NCBI RefSeq assembly: GCF_004010195.1
Contig: NC_057718.1
Location: 80,362,116-80,413,149, forward strand
DNA length: 51,034 bases
Direction: 5' to 3'
Origin: Chiloscyllium plagiosum
Lineage: Eukaryota
Below, piece by piece: positions 1 through 12,098 of this stretch (its first letter is position 1; each line of letters opens with the position of its first letter). The notes beneath the pieces were generated by a model. It was not told the DNA's origin and did no database searches. It was given only the letters and a program-made list of their open reading frames with translations. Both the position numbers and the translations under genes were made by a program.

Positions 1-13
1 AAAAAAATCAACA

Positions 14-85
14 GGAGCAGAGTGCAACTCTATTTTGATTTAATCCCTGGGAGCAGAGTGCAACTCTATTTTGATTTAATCCCTG
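14..85 (+). repeat. Perfect 36-bp tandem duplication
   Basis: ggagcagagtgcaactctattttgatttaatccctg at 14-49 and 50-85. Confidence 0.95.
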
Positions 86-580
86 CCCTTCCCTTCACTG
101 TTTGATCACATAGCATTGCCCTTTGATGTGAAGGGCACTGCTTGTCACAGGTCACTTGAGTGTTTCTTTTCTTCCTGGTGGTGAAAATTGATTAAAGATT
201 TGTAAACCTTGTGTCTTTCACTGTGTCTTACACCTGCACACACATGACATGGGTGCTGGGGAAAAATAAGCACTACCACAGTTAGGCGATATTGTGGGGG
301 TAAAGAGAAAAAAAAACAGGAGTGTCAGAGGTTCTGTTTACTCTGAGAGCAAGAAAAACAAAATTTTAAAAAATGAACAGGAGTATTGGAGAGGTGGGCA
401 CTGCAGGGAGTGGAGTGTATTATTTCCCCCTCCAACTCTATTTTGATTCAATCCCTCCCCTCCCCTTCACTGTTTTATTACGCGGCGTTGCCTTTTGAGA
501 AGGGCACTGCTTCTCACCGGCCACTCGGGTGTTTTCTTTCTTCCTGGTGGCAGAATATAAATAAAGTTTTAAACACTTAT
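14..580 (+). mobile_element. Stacked 3' ends of a Tx1-like non-LTR retrotransposon (ORF2 C-terminus + 3'UTR + A-rich tail)
   Basis: 61-200 and 433-566 are diverged copies of one another. The second copy translates ERWALQGVECIISPSNSILI, resembling a Tx1 ORF2 C-terminus; in the first copy NSILI is followed by TAA. ATTAAA/AATAAA signals and A-runs follow. Confidence 0.55.
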
Positions 581-1214
581 GCTAGCTGGGTCAATGTTGT
601 GGTTGCATAAATAAAGGTTGACTTGGTGAGAGATACTAGTCTTTGTGGAGCTATTTCAGTTGGCAAGCTATGCAGGTATCTCCTTGTGTGTACACAGCAG
701 CCTTCCATGCTAGCATGAGTCTTCAAAGACCACATCGGAGATCTCTGGAACAGAGCGAGCAAGTGACCCTGCCTTCTGGTAAGGTGAGATCTGCAATACC
801 CTGTCCCTTTGCTCTGTAGCTCCATTTACAGACAGTGACTCATCACGTGCCTCTGTGATTATATTGGGTACCGTCCTTAGATATTTCTTATGAGTTCCTA
901 CATGCTTCAGAGAAGAGGTTAATTATAATATGTCAATCATGGTCCTATGACATAAAATGGACCTTAACTACAATTTTGCTGACAGGTAGGTAGGCCATGA
1001 GCAACCTAAACAGTTCTTTAAAATAAAACTGCTTAGAAAACAACTCAAACCATTTTAATGACATAACCAAGATGGGATTAAGTCCCTACAAAACATAATC
1101 CAGGTTTCTACCAGTTGATCCAAGACATGCCCTATGGGAACATTTCCCCTTCGCTTTTCAGATAGTTTAATGTAGAAACCAACCAATTTTCTGTTCTCCC
1201 ATAACCTGGAGACA

Positions 1215-2250
1215 GCTGAGGTAATTGAATGGACTAAAAATTGATAAATTGAAGGTGCTTGAAAGCTTCACTGTAACAAAACTAGATAAAGCACCAGATC
1301 TGCTTGGAATGCATCTTTGGTTGTTGAGTGAAGCAAGAAAAGAAACTGCAGAGCATTTTCCAATTTGTCCCCTGGGTGTGATGCCAGAAGATTGGAGAAT
1401 TGTAAATGTTGCACCCTTCTTCAAAAAATGTGCAAAGGTAAACTCAGCAACTACAAGCCAGTCAATTTAACTTTGGTGCAGAAACCTTTAGAAATGATTA
1501 TCCAGGACAAAATTAACAGTTGCTCAGACTAATGTGGATTAATCAAGGAGGATTTGATAAAGGCAAATCGTGTTTAACTAATTTTATTCAGTTTTTCTTA
1601 ATGAGATAATAGAGATGAGGTTAATGTGGTTGTTAAGTATACATGACTTCCAAAAGGTTTTAAGCCCAACATAATAAGCTTGTTAGCAAAACTGAATTTT
1701 GTGGAACAGGAGGGTAAATAATGGAACAATTATGAAGTTGGCTAAAAGACATGTAACAGACACTGGTGTTAAAAGAATGTTTTACAAGGTGCACAGTGAG
1801 GTTCTACTGGAGTCAGTGCTAAAATCATTGATTTTATTATATATATTAATTACTTAAAATTGAGCTATCCGGGCACTACTTCAAACTTTGCAAATATGAT
1901 AGTGTTATAATCAGTGAGGAGGGTGTGATAGACTTCAATGGAACAGACACAGACTGGTGAAACAGACAAATATGTGGCACACTCAATTTAACTCAGAAGG
2001 GCCAAGTGAGGCATTTTGGTAGTAAGAACAAAAAGAGGCAGTACAAAGTAAAACGGCTGCATAAATATTGAGACCTGTGGAGTGTGTGCACAAGTCAATG
2101 AAGGTGGCAGGTCAGGTTGAAGAAAGTAGTTGTAAAAGCAAACCAGCTTAACAAAATAGATGAACTGTACACAACAGCAAGGAGGTTAGATTAAATCTTA
2201 AACTCTGGCTCTACCACAATAACATCACTGTACCAGATACTACAGTTTTT
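1215..2250 (+). mobile_element. Old degenerate CR1-clade LINE ORF2 (RT) fragment
   Basis: ORF 1225-1470 contains GVMPEDWRIVNVAPFFKK. Decayed GKSCLTN-, KFAD- and QFN-like motifs follow, with many stops. Confidence 0.8.
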
Positions 2251-2282
2251 TTTTGGCTAAGTCTGAATCGTGTCGAGCTTTT

Positions 2283-3949
2283 TGGAGGAAATTCTACTGC
2301 AAGGCATGGCAAGTGTTCTCGTGTATTTGCCAAACCTCCCTCATTAACTACCTACCTAGACCCTATGTTGTCGGTTTCATTCAATTTGTGCCCCATTTTA
2401 CCACAGGCTGTTCCAAGAACAAGTGGCCACTCAGAATTCACTGGCACCCTTGCATCCAATCCATTTTTAAAAACCTGTTGTGCATCTGGACAAACAAAGT
2501 CAGTCTGGAGTTGCACCGCACGGTCCTGATATTTGCCTTGAGCATAGCAGGCAGGGTGAAATCAGCACCCTGCTGTACACGCAGAATCCTCATCAGGATG
2601 GTGTATAGGTGGGACTCCTCCCTGGAACAGCCGTAGAGACCACTCCACCAGACAGTGTCAGTCTGGTGCAGGATTTAAGTAGTGTCAGGTGTCTGGAAGA
2701 ATGCCCAGCACTGTAGGAAAAATGTCAATTACACTCTTCTCTCCACCAGCGTAAACATTACCATCATCACACTGATGTCTAACACTCACTTTTTCTGCTA
2801 CTATACCCACCCACCACAAAAAGCTCATGCTCTACAACTAATGCCTGCACCATTTCCCTCACTCGCTATAACCAACTCCAACCCCTTACACCACTAACCT
2901 TGCATCCCCTCAGCACTGAACAGTCAATCACATAGGAGTCCTCGCCACTTGCATTAGAAGTAATAGCTGTGCCACAACTTTCAAATCGCATAATTCCTGC
3001 CTCCTCTTATTATAGGAGGAATACACTCGCCAAAAGAGTAGAAAGACTGAAGGTGAATGGTGGGCTGCCCATCACTTGGCTCCTCAATTTTTTTATGTGG
3101 ACACCAACCTGACTTTGACCAGTTCCTATCCTATAAACTGTTATCATTGACAGCACTTCATGCCTGTTCCAAGACAACCTGACAGAATATTACCTCACTT
3201 GACTGGATTAAGGCCTGTTGACAACCATGACAAGCTTCCTTCTTTTTTATCTGCATTAAATGGCAAGGTAAGACAGAAGTAATATGAACATTGTAACTCT
3301 GGCTGAAGGGGTAAAATGCAAAAAGGCAAGGTAAAATAATGCAAGGCAGAGATGCTGTGAGCATCCAGGTAGGCTGAAAGCGAGTGTGCGCTATGACAGT
3401 GAGCAAAGAGCCCAGAGATGTAGTCTGTTCCAGTCAATGAGCTGGATGCACGTCTCATTTGGAGCTGTCAATGCAACCTGAGGTGCAGCATTGAAGTACA
3501 GAAACTTCTTGTAATTAGATAAGAGATGTGCCAAGAGTGTTTCCAGAGGCTGGCACGTATCGAAAGTGTTATGGGATGCATTTGGCAGGTGTCCATGGAG
3601 TATGCTCTGCCACGTTGGTGCTTAGTGTCCAACTTGGAAGCCCCTGGAGCAAGCAGCAAACTGAATTGACTGCGTAACTGCTCTGCTTTCCATGTAGAGT
3701 TTTGTCAGAATTTTAAGATAAAATGCTAAATATTAATGAAATGAGTTGGGCCATCAACAAGGTTTTTAACAAGAAATAATTCCTCTTAATTGGTAACTCA
3801 CAAGAAACTCACCATGCCACTTGTGAATAGCACAGAAGATATAAGAAGATGCTTCCAACATTGAGATGGGCCTCATCACATTTCTCATCTGATTCTGCCA
3901 CAGATACTAACATAGCTCACATTGTTCAGATCTCTATAAGATTCCACCC
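2283..3949 (+). mobile_element. Degenerate PIF/Harbinger-type DNA transposon remnant carrying a Myb/SANT-like gene
   Basis: ~2550-2750 translates in pieces KSAPC...VSGVWKNAQHCRKNVNYTLLST (cf. Myb/SANT R-T-x-x-Q-C-R-K-K-x-N-D-L). After a C/A-rich intron-like stretch ending TAG (~3014) comes RNTLAKRVERLKVNGGLP (cf. RERxKTGGG). The right end aagattccaccc (3938-3949) resembles a Harbinger TIR. Confidence 0.5.
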
Positions 3950-4031
3950 ATCATGTTTAATTTTGAGCACCAAACTTTAAGAAGGATGTGTAAGTCTAAG
4001 AGGGTGAAGAAAACATTTCTTCTTAAGTTTG

Positions 4032-4243
4032 GGGGTCAGTTTAGCTTGACATTTGCTTTGCGAATCAGTGTGACGCCAACAGTGTGAGTTCAACCCCATA
4101 CCCTCTGAGGTTACCATGGAGGACTCTCCTTATCAACCTCTCTCCCCTCATCTGAGATGTGGTGACCCTACGGTTAAATCACAGTCATCTCTCTCTAATG
4201 AGAGAGCAACCCTATGGTCTGGTAAGACTATGGCAATGTGACT
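4032..4243 (+). mobile_element. tRNA-derived SINE inserted in an old CR1-like fragment
   Basis: A-box-like gtcagtttagct, B-box-like gagttcaacccc, and tail ggtctggtaagactatggc; decayed LINE sequence lies on both sides. Confidence 0.55.
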
Positions 4244-4662
4244 TGAGTATACTGCTTCCAGAAATGTGGGATGACAGTATTTTGGAGAGATTGCAGTCGA
4301 TCTCCTGAGAGGTGGTTGAGAGGATAGAAAATGTGCCTATTAAAAGAGGGGTTGAAAGTCCGAGGACATTGTTTTTTTTCCCAATAAGCTTAAACCTAAG
4401 GTAACAAAAGAAAATGTTTTTAATGCAGTGAATAATGATTGGTAATGGACGGTTTCAAAGATTGCTGGAGGCAAAGTTAATTGTCTTTTCGAAAGGAAAT
4501 TAAATAACTGCATGAAGAGAAAGAATATCAGTGTTACTGGGAAGGGTGGGGAACTTGAACTGCCTAAAATGCTTTTCCCTAGGCCCTATGTGTCATCCTT
4601 CTGTTACTGTTGCTGTTCTACAGCTAACTAGCAAAATGTAAATCAAGCCAAGGCATTAAAAT

Positions 4663-4863
4663 CTGAAAAGTGTGTTGCTGGAAAAGCGCAGCATGTCAGG
4701 CAGCATCCAAGGAGCAGGAGAATCGACGTTTCGGGCATAAGCCCTTCTTCAGGATTCCCGAAACATCGATTCTCCTGCTCCTTGGATGCTGCCTGACCTG
4801 CTGCGCTTTTCCAGCAACACATTTTTCAGCTCTGATCTCCAGCATCTGCAGTCCTCACTTTCT
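4663..4863. mobile_element. Fold-back (inverted) mini Penelope-like element terminus with 15-bp TSD
   Basis: Inverted arms at 4663-4736 and 4757-4829; flanking direct repeat ccaaggcattaaaat at 4648-4662 and 4864-4878. Confidence 0.85.
4724..4753 (-). ncRNA. Minimal hammerhead ribozyme core in PLE terminus
   Basis: Minus strand reads CCUGAAGA-A-GGGC-UUAU-GCCC-GAAA-CG-UCG: CUGANGA box, 4-bp stem II, GAAA box, palindromic ACGU, UH site. Confidence 0.75.
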
Positions 4864-4991
4864 CCAAGGCATTAAAATGACCAGAATTAATGTTGGCAAA
4901 GAATGGCAGGTAGTTTCCAAGTACCTCCTGCCCATTTTCAATCTGTATTTAAAAAGACCCCGTGTATCATTTATAGAACTTTGGAAAAAAG

Positions 4992-5377
4992 AACTTGCAT
5001 TTCTATAGTGCTTTTGACAATCTTGTGATGTCATAAGGCATTCAACAAACTGTAGTCACAGTTACAATATTGAAAAAGCAGCAAACATTTGCACACAGTA
5101 TGATTTTTCTGGCAGCACTGAGATAATACAATGATCTATTTTAGTGATATTATTTTAGTACCAAATATTATCCAGCAGTAATCTCCCCTGCCCTTCTTTA
5201 AAATATTGTTGTATGATCTTATATAACATATATGCCTGAGTTTAATATTTCATCCAAAGATAGCATTTCTTTACAGTGCAGGACTCCCAGTGTTCTTCAT
5301 TGGAAAGTGGACCTTAAGTATGTAACCAACACTTAAGCTTCAGAGGCAAAATACTATCATTGAACCATGACTGACAT
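4992..5377 (-). mobile_element. DeuSINE (SacSINE1/AmnSINE1-like), diverged
   Basis: Ordered blocks aacttgcatttctatagtgc, tgtagtcacagttacaat, tttgcacacag, ctcccctgcccttctt, tttcatccaaagatagca, acagtgcagga, cagaggcaaaatacta match the recalled antisense DeuSINE consensus. Confidence 0.7.
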
Positions 5378-6269
5378 CTAAATCAGAGAATGCAAGCTGA
5401 AAAAGACAAGACCTTTCAGAATATGAAAATTAACTCATCTGGTCAGATTCAATTAGTTAGTACTTGGGTGAACTGCAATTTGTGCTGTGATTTTCTAATC
5501 TGTTAGCATTTCTATGTGTGGAGAAACTTCAAAATCTCATAACTGTGGCAAGTCAGCGTTACCGAGGTGAACACTCTGTAGGTCGGAATCTCAACAAGGA
5601 ATTCAGATGAAATCATAAAAAACACAGAAAAATTAAGATTCAAAATCCAGGACAAAATTACAACCCTCTTAGAAATCCCCAGTAGCCATTATATTTTGCT
5701 TTAACAATATTTTCCATTTTGGTTTTGTTGTCCCTGCTGGAGAAGTATATCCAATGATTAGTGAAATCCACATCCTTGATGTGCTGTGATAAATATACTT
5801 AATAATTAACTCTTGTAATGTAATCACCACAGGTTTAGTCAATGATAATTAGCAACTGACTGCCAGGAAATAACACATATTGTATTTATAACAAAGTCAT
5901 TATTCAATACAGTTTAGAATACAACGTAATTAATATTCAAATTTGATGAAATTGTTAAAAAGACTACTTAGGGAATTCATTCAAAATCAGTATCGTGGGT
6001 GATTCACCATATTAATTCACTTCTGTAACAGCATTGTTAAATAAACAGTTTACAAGTAAAATAATTAAACAAATAGGTAAGTAGAAAACAGCTGTTCTAC
6101 TTGACATTCTATGAATTTCAATGAGTATTTCAGCTTCACCCAATTTTTCCATCGAGAATCAACCTGCAAATTTCAGTTATCAAAACTAAATTTGCTAATT
6201 TTTTTTAATGTCTGGATCTCCAATGTAGGTCCGGATACAAGCTGACAGACGAATTGCTGGAAATCTTTA

Positions 6270-6345
6270 AAACTGAAAATGCTGGAAATACTCAACAAAT
6301 CATACAAAATATGCAGAGAGAGAAATAGAGTTAACCTTTTAGATT
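6270..6345 (-). mobile_element. Old PLE-terminus-like fragment (a second piece lies at ~6815-6900)
   Basis: aaaatgctggaaatactcaac...gagagagaaatagagttaacc resembles the PLE terminus at 19922-20020. Confidence 0.45.
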
Positions 6346-6379
6346 CTCATGATACTGATCAGAACCTTAAAGTATTCTG

Positions 6380-7350
6380 GATATTTTTAATTTCGAATTA
6401 CAATTCCTTTTACAAAACAAAAAGAGGACTGTTGCAGTCAAAACAAAACAGTGAATGCAAATTCATTGCTGTCTGGCAAAGACCTATGTGCGACCCATGG
6501 AATGTTTTTCCTGTAGAATGTCACAGAAACATCAAACAGAGGAACAAACGTAACAGGAGAGGCAGATAGGGATGACAACCTCCCTCCTCTCTCAACAGAA
6601 TGTTACCTCCCACAGAAATGTTTGGTGTTTTGCCATTCCAGGATTATACTAAAAAAGGGGCTAAAAGCCAAGGCCTGCATTCAAGTGTTTGTGTGCTCTG
6701 AAGGTCACAGTGAAGAAATCACCCACTGGTCACCCCTGAGTTACAGGTAAAAGGACTATCTTGCTCTGAGTGCTGGAAGTAAATTGGACAGTCAGGAGAA
6801 ATGGATAAAAATACTTTGAAATAAAAACAGAAAATGCTGTAGAGGTCTGGCAGCATGTGAACAGTTAATGTTTTGAGTCTGATATGACTTTCTTTGAGAA
6901 GGATATTTTTGCTCTGAGTGCTGCTGGCCAACCACCACAAAAAGGAAACATGATAAAACGATTTCAACTAACTGCAAAGCCACGAGTCTCAAAAGCAATT
7001 GTTCAACAATGAATGTTTCACCATCTATTCTTCTTGAACCACCCAGGGAGACTGTTTCCTCTATCTTTTAACTGTTCTTTTCTTGTTAACTTACTTCTTA
7101 TTCCTAATATTTGGTTATGTGTTTTGTTCTTTTCTTCTTTTTGTGGTCACTGACTACTCTTCTGTTAACTCAAGAAAGCTTAGTTGAATTGGCTCCTTTA
7201 AAACTTAAATTCATTTGGTGTATGAGAAACACATTCAGAAGGGATGGATTCTCTTTAAAATAACTTTGTTGCAACCAACCAGGTGGTGTTTAAATAAAGA
7301 AGGGAAGGTAGTTCGTCCTTCCTCACCCAGGACCTTTAAACGTTGGGGTG
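6380..7350 (+). mobile_element. Possible decayed solo LTR
   Basis: T-rich U5-like stretch, AATAAA at ~7292 followed by gttcgtccttcctcacc, then ttgggg; no TSD or second LTR seen. Confidence 0.25.
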
Positions 7351-8400
7351 ACCATCTAGAACTGTGGTAACTTGGAGAATCTCACCTAGGGTCCGGTTGG
7401 AACAAGGTCAATATACTTTACTCAATACAGGTATAAATAAAACTGGCATTCCCCTTATTCTGTGAATTTTTACTTTAGGCTAAGGATTCTTCTGATTGCT
7501 GTGTAGAACAATCAACTTGTGAAGATTCACACAAATTCCTAAAAAATCATGAACTGGTTCTGAAAGAAAACATCACCAACTCATTAAAAGTACATGTGCG
7601 TTGATAGTGTTTTTGTGTATAGCATACGTTGTTACTCGACAAATATCTGGACGGAACCAATTTCATTTAAGTGGCTTGAGTGGTGACATGCTTGCTAGGC
7701 TTTTAAATTCACATGAAGAGGACTCCACAACCATTTCGACCTTCCTTCAATATCCAATTTTAATGCAAGTCTGAAGGGTAGCCCATTTGGTATAACTGCC
7801 CAAGGAGAGTAAATGGGATAAATAAACCAGGTAACCTAATTTTATTTGTAGGCAACTCTTTAGAATTGATGATTTTAGATAAAATTGATGAACACTTTGA
7901 AATATGCAGGTTAATCAGAGGTTTCAGTATAGACTTAGAAAGGATAATTCACAAATTTAAGATTATCTTCAAGAGGCATCTGTTTGAATACAGGTAGTTC
8001 TCCAATAATGCCATAGTTGAGTTCCAGCGAAACCTTGCTTAATAGAAAATCAGTTAATAGAAATAATGGAGTCTATGGGAAAAGTGGGGTGAGGGACGGA
8101 CCAGCAAAAAATATTACTCACGTTCGTTCAAAAATCAACCAAAGGCTTAACACAAAATATAGCACAACCTGAATTAAGGTTTAAATCATATTTATTAACA
8201 AAACAAAAGTAAATTTAACACATTGAAAAAACATTGTTAATGCAGGGACAGAGGGTCATTATCATCACTACCTTCAGGTGCAGTTGTGGTTGCACAAGTG
8301 GATGGCTGTGGTTGATTGCCTTCTGACTGTTTCTTGGGGGTTGATTTAGACTGTGTGATGTGCAGGTACAATAACAAATTAGAAAGGTAAATGGTATGTA

Positions 8401-8758
8401 GAGGGGAGCCTCGATTATCCGAATACCAATTATCCAAAAATCGGATTATCTGAAGGAGATCTTGAGGTCCCGATGGAAACATTGCATCAAAGACATATAT
8501 CCAACAGTGATCACGTCTTTTGTTTACAGTGATTAAATAGGCATCGTCTCCAAATGACTGACCTTCCACCCTCTCTCTCACCCCACATTTTCTCTGGAGT
8601 GTAGGTGGGTGTACCCTAAAATCCATGGGGGTGTACCCAAAAATCCACTTCCCCAGATAATCTCTCCAACATTGTCCTGCACTGGGCAAAGGTGGAAACT
8701 GTCAAAAAGTTGCAGTAAAAAAGTTGTGTGTGCACTATTTGGACACTTACCCCACAAA

Positions 8759-8797
<39 letters not shown>

Positions 8798-9035
8798 CTT
8801 GTTGTTAGTGCCTAGTCCAACTGCCCTGGAAAGGGGGGCAGGTGTGTATAGGGTTGGGGGTGATGCTGGGGGTGGGCAATGTTGTACGAGGTTGGGGCAG
8901 GGGCGCCTTGCGCGCTGTGTGCTGCTGCAGTCTCCTAAACTTTAAAAACTCTGAGCCCCTGGGGAAAGGCATTTAATCGATTATCCGAATGAAATAGTGC
9001 CCGCCCATTATGTTCAGATAATCAAGGTTCTCCTG
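8401..9035. mobile_element. Tigger-type MITE with ~23-bp TIRs flanked by TA
   Basis: TA|gaggggagcctcgattatccgaa ... ttcagataatcaaggttctcctg|TA; the same right end recurs at 38480-38593. Confidence 0.8.
8761..8796 (+). repeat. (CAG)12 microsatellite inside the MITE
   Basis: 12 perfect CAG units. Confidence 0.97.
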
Positions 9036-10302
9036 TATAAGAGTAATGCAGTCCTGCAGGAATTATACAAGGATTATACGAGAATATTCTTGTCTCAACG
9101 GGAGACAAATGAACATTTGTCGGTTTAATTTTTGAGATGAAGCTGCTCAATATATAGTACTGTAACACTCACATGCTCTGACATCGGCGCATACGCAGAA
9201 TGTCACGGAGACTTCGGCGGATGCGCAGAATGAAGCGTGCAAAACGATCGTCGCTGGAATCGCGCTATTGCAAACACAGGCAAGAGTTTTCAAACATACC
9301 GTTCCCTAATTCTGCAGCGATGTTATAGTCAAATTGTGCTGCAATTGCAGTCAAGTGATGCAACGATAAATATGGGACATTGTTAACAGAAAACAGAGTT
9401 AGATTTATTGGCAGCAAAACCTCAGGTCAAGCAGACTCATTTCCAATTACATAATTACATTTAAATATTGTGCCCTCATACTTATAACTCATATTACCTC
9501 AATCCCTATGCCTTCAACACCATAATTCCAAATAAACCCATCTCTAAACTCTGTTATTTATGTCTCTGCTCCACCCTCTGTCACTGGATCCTCAACTTTC
9601 TGACCGAAAGACCGCAATCAGTAAAATAGACGGCAACACCTACTCCATCATAATCCTCAACACCAGTGTCCCACAAAGCTGCAAACTAAACCCACCCACT
9701 GCGCCCCCCCACCCCCACCATACTCATTACACACTCAACTGCCTGGCCAAACTCTGCACCAACTCCATTTACAAGTTTGCTGATGACACCACTGTCATAG
9801 GGCAGATCTCAAACAATAGCAAGACAGAATACAGGAAAGAGATTGAGTGCTTAACGTCATGTTATAAAGACAACAATCTCTTCATCTACATCAACAAAAT
9901 GAAGAAGCTGATCACTGGCTTCAGGAAGTGGGCTGGAAGGCACGCCCCTATCTATATCAATGGAGCTGAGGTGGAGTTGGTCAAGAGCATTAATTTCCTG
10001 GAAGTGAAGATAGGATCAGAGAGTCATAATGATGTACAGCATGGAAACAGACCTTTCTGTCCAACTATATCACCAACAATCTGTCCTGGTCCACCCATAT
10101 TGATGCAAAGATCAGGAAACGATAACAACGTCTCTACTTTCTCAGAAGACTAAGGAAATTTGGCATGTACACAAGCAATCTTACCATTTTTTATAGGGGC
10201 ACCATAGAAAGCATTCTATCTGGATGCATCACTGCATTATTTGGCAATTGCTCTTCCTGAGACCACAAGAACTGTTATAGAGAATCATGAACACAGCCCA
10301 GT

Positions 10303-12098
10303 CACCGAGTCATAGAGCTGTACAACATGGAAACAGACTGTTTCAGTCCAACTCGTCCATACCAACCAGATATCCTAAAATAATCTAGTCCCACTTGCCA
10401 ACATTTGGCCCATATCCCTCTGAACTCTTCCTATTCATTTACCCATCCAGATGCCTTTCAAATGTTGCAGTTGTACCAGTCTCCACCACCTCCTCTGGCA
10501 GCTCATTCTATGCACGAACCAGCCTCTGTGTGAAAATGTTGCCCCTTTTAAATCTTTCCCCTCTCTCCTTCAACTTATGCCATCTAGTTCCGAACTCCCT
10601 GACCCCAGAGAAAAGATTAGATTAGATTAGATTTCATTACAGTGTGGAAACAGGCCCTTCGGCCCAACAAGTCCACACCGACCCGCCGAAGCGCAACCCA
10701 CCCATACCCCTACATTTACCCCTCACCTAACACTACAGGCAATTTAGCATGGCCAATTCACCTGGCCTGCACATCTTTGGACTGTGGGAGGAAACCGGAG
10801 CACCCGGAGGAAGCCCACGCAGACACGGGGAGAACGTGCAAACTCCACACAGTCAGTCACCTGAGGCGGGAATTGAACCTGGGTCTCTGGCGCTGTGAGG
10901 CAACAGTGCTAACCACTGTGCCACCGTGCCACCCCCAATCGACTTTGGCTATTCACCCTATCCATGGCCCTCATAATTTTATAGACCTCTGTAAGGTCTC
11001 CCTCAGCCTCCAACGTTCCAGGGAAAATAGTCCAGGCCTATTCATCCTCTCCCTGTCGCTCACACCCTCTAATCCTGGTAACATCCTTGTAAATCTTTTC
11101 TGAACCATTTTAAGCTTCACAACATCCTTCCTATAGCAGGGAGACCAGCACTACACACGGTATTCCAAAAGTGGCATTTCCCAATGTTTTGTACAGATAC
11201 ATGACTTCCTAACTCTTATACTCAATGCACTGACCCAAGAGGAAAGCATACCGTAAGTCTTCTTCATGATCCTGTCTACCTAGGACTCCGCTTTCAAGGA
11301 ACTATGAACCTGCACTCCAAGGTCTTTTTGTTCCACAATACTCCCCAGGACCTTACCATTAAGTGCAGGATTTGCCATTCCAACATTCAGCACCTCACAT
11401 TTATCAAATTGAACATCACCTGCCATTCCTCAGCCCATTGGCCCATCTGATCAAGATCCCGTTGTATTCTGTGGTAACTTTCTTCACTGTCCATTACACA
11501 TCCAAATTATCTGCAAACATACGAACCATACCTCCTATGTTCATATCCAAATCATTTATTTAAATTACAAAAAGCAGTGGACCCAGCACTGATCCTTATG
11601 GTGCACCACTGGTCACAGGCCTCCAGTCTGAAAAGCAACCCGCCCCCACCACCCTCTGTCTTCGACCTTCGCGCCAATTCTTTATCCAAATGACTAGTTC
11701 TCCCTGTATTCCATGTGATCTAACCTTGCTAACCATTATATCATGAGGAACCTTGTTGAATGCATTACTAAAGTCCCAAATAGATCACGTCTGCTGCTCT
11801 GCCCTCATCAATCCTCTGCTTAACTTCTTCAAAAAACTCATTCAAGTTAGTGAGACATGATTTTCTATGCACGAAGCCATGTTGACTATCCCTAATCAGT
11901 CCTTTTCTTTCCAAATATATGTAAATCCTATCCCTTAAGATTTCTCCAACAACTTGCCTTCCACTGATGTCAGGCTCACTGGTCTACAGTTTCCTGACTG
12001 TTCCTTACCATCTTTCTGAAATAGTGGCACCATGTTAGCCAACCTCCAGTTTTCCGGCACCTCACCTGTGGCTATCGACAATACAAATATCTTGGCAA
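10303..12098 (-). mobile_element. CR1/HER1-type LINE, 5'-truncated, nested in Rex1
   Basis: Tail gagtcatagag at 10307; minus strand TGEVPENWRLANMVPLFQK...NCRPVSLTSVEGKLLE. Confidence 0.9.
10615..10934 (-). mobile_element. HE1-type V-SINE (young copy)
   Basis: tRNA-like head (reverse complement of gtgctaaccactgtgccaccgtgcc, gggaattgaacc), V-domain gggaggaaaccggagcacccggaggaa, (TCTAA)n tail. Confidence 0.92.

Larger units (their letters stand above)
7991..9345 (-). mobile_element. Tigger/pogo-like non-autonomous DNA transposon (outer element)
   Basis: TA then caggtagttctcc...aatgcc...atagaaaatc TIR-like start at 7991. An acidic, transposase C-terminus-like remnant (QPQPST...EGSDDNDPLSLH*) lies on the minus strand at 8237-8365. 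The right end is decayed. Confidence 0.5.

Noticed and set aside
14..85. 36-bp direct repeats resembling a CRISPR repeat
   Set aside because: Adjacent with no spacer, eukaryotic context, no cas genes; a simple tandem duplication (same for 22161-22230)
2250..2262. ttttggctaag resembling the U2 snRNA 5' stem
   Set aside because: Only ~11 nt match, with no flanking U2 sequence
8609..8945. Poly-Ser / poly-Ala ORFs
   Set aside because: Produced by the (CAG)12 tract inside a MITE; no coding evidence
10642..11103. 153-aa ORF, with a similar ORF at 14267-14548
   Set aside because: Antisense reading of the HE1 SINE and CR1; not a gene
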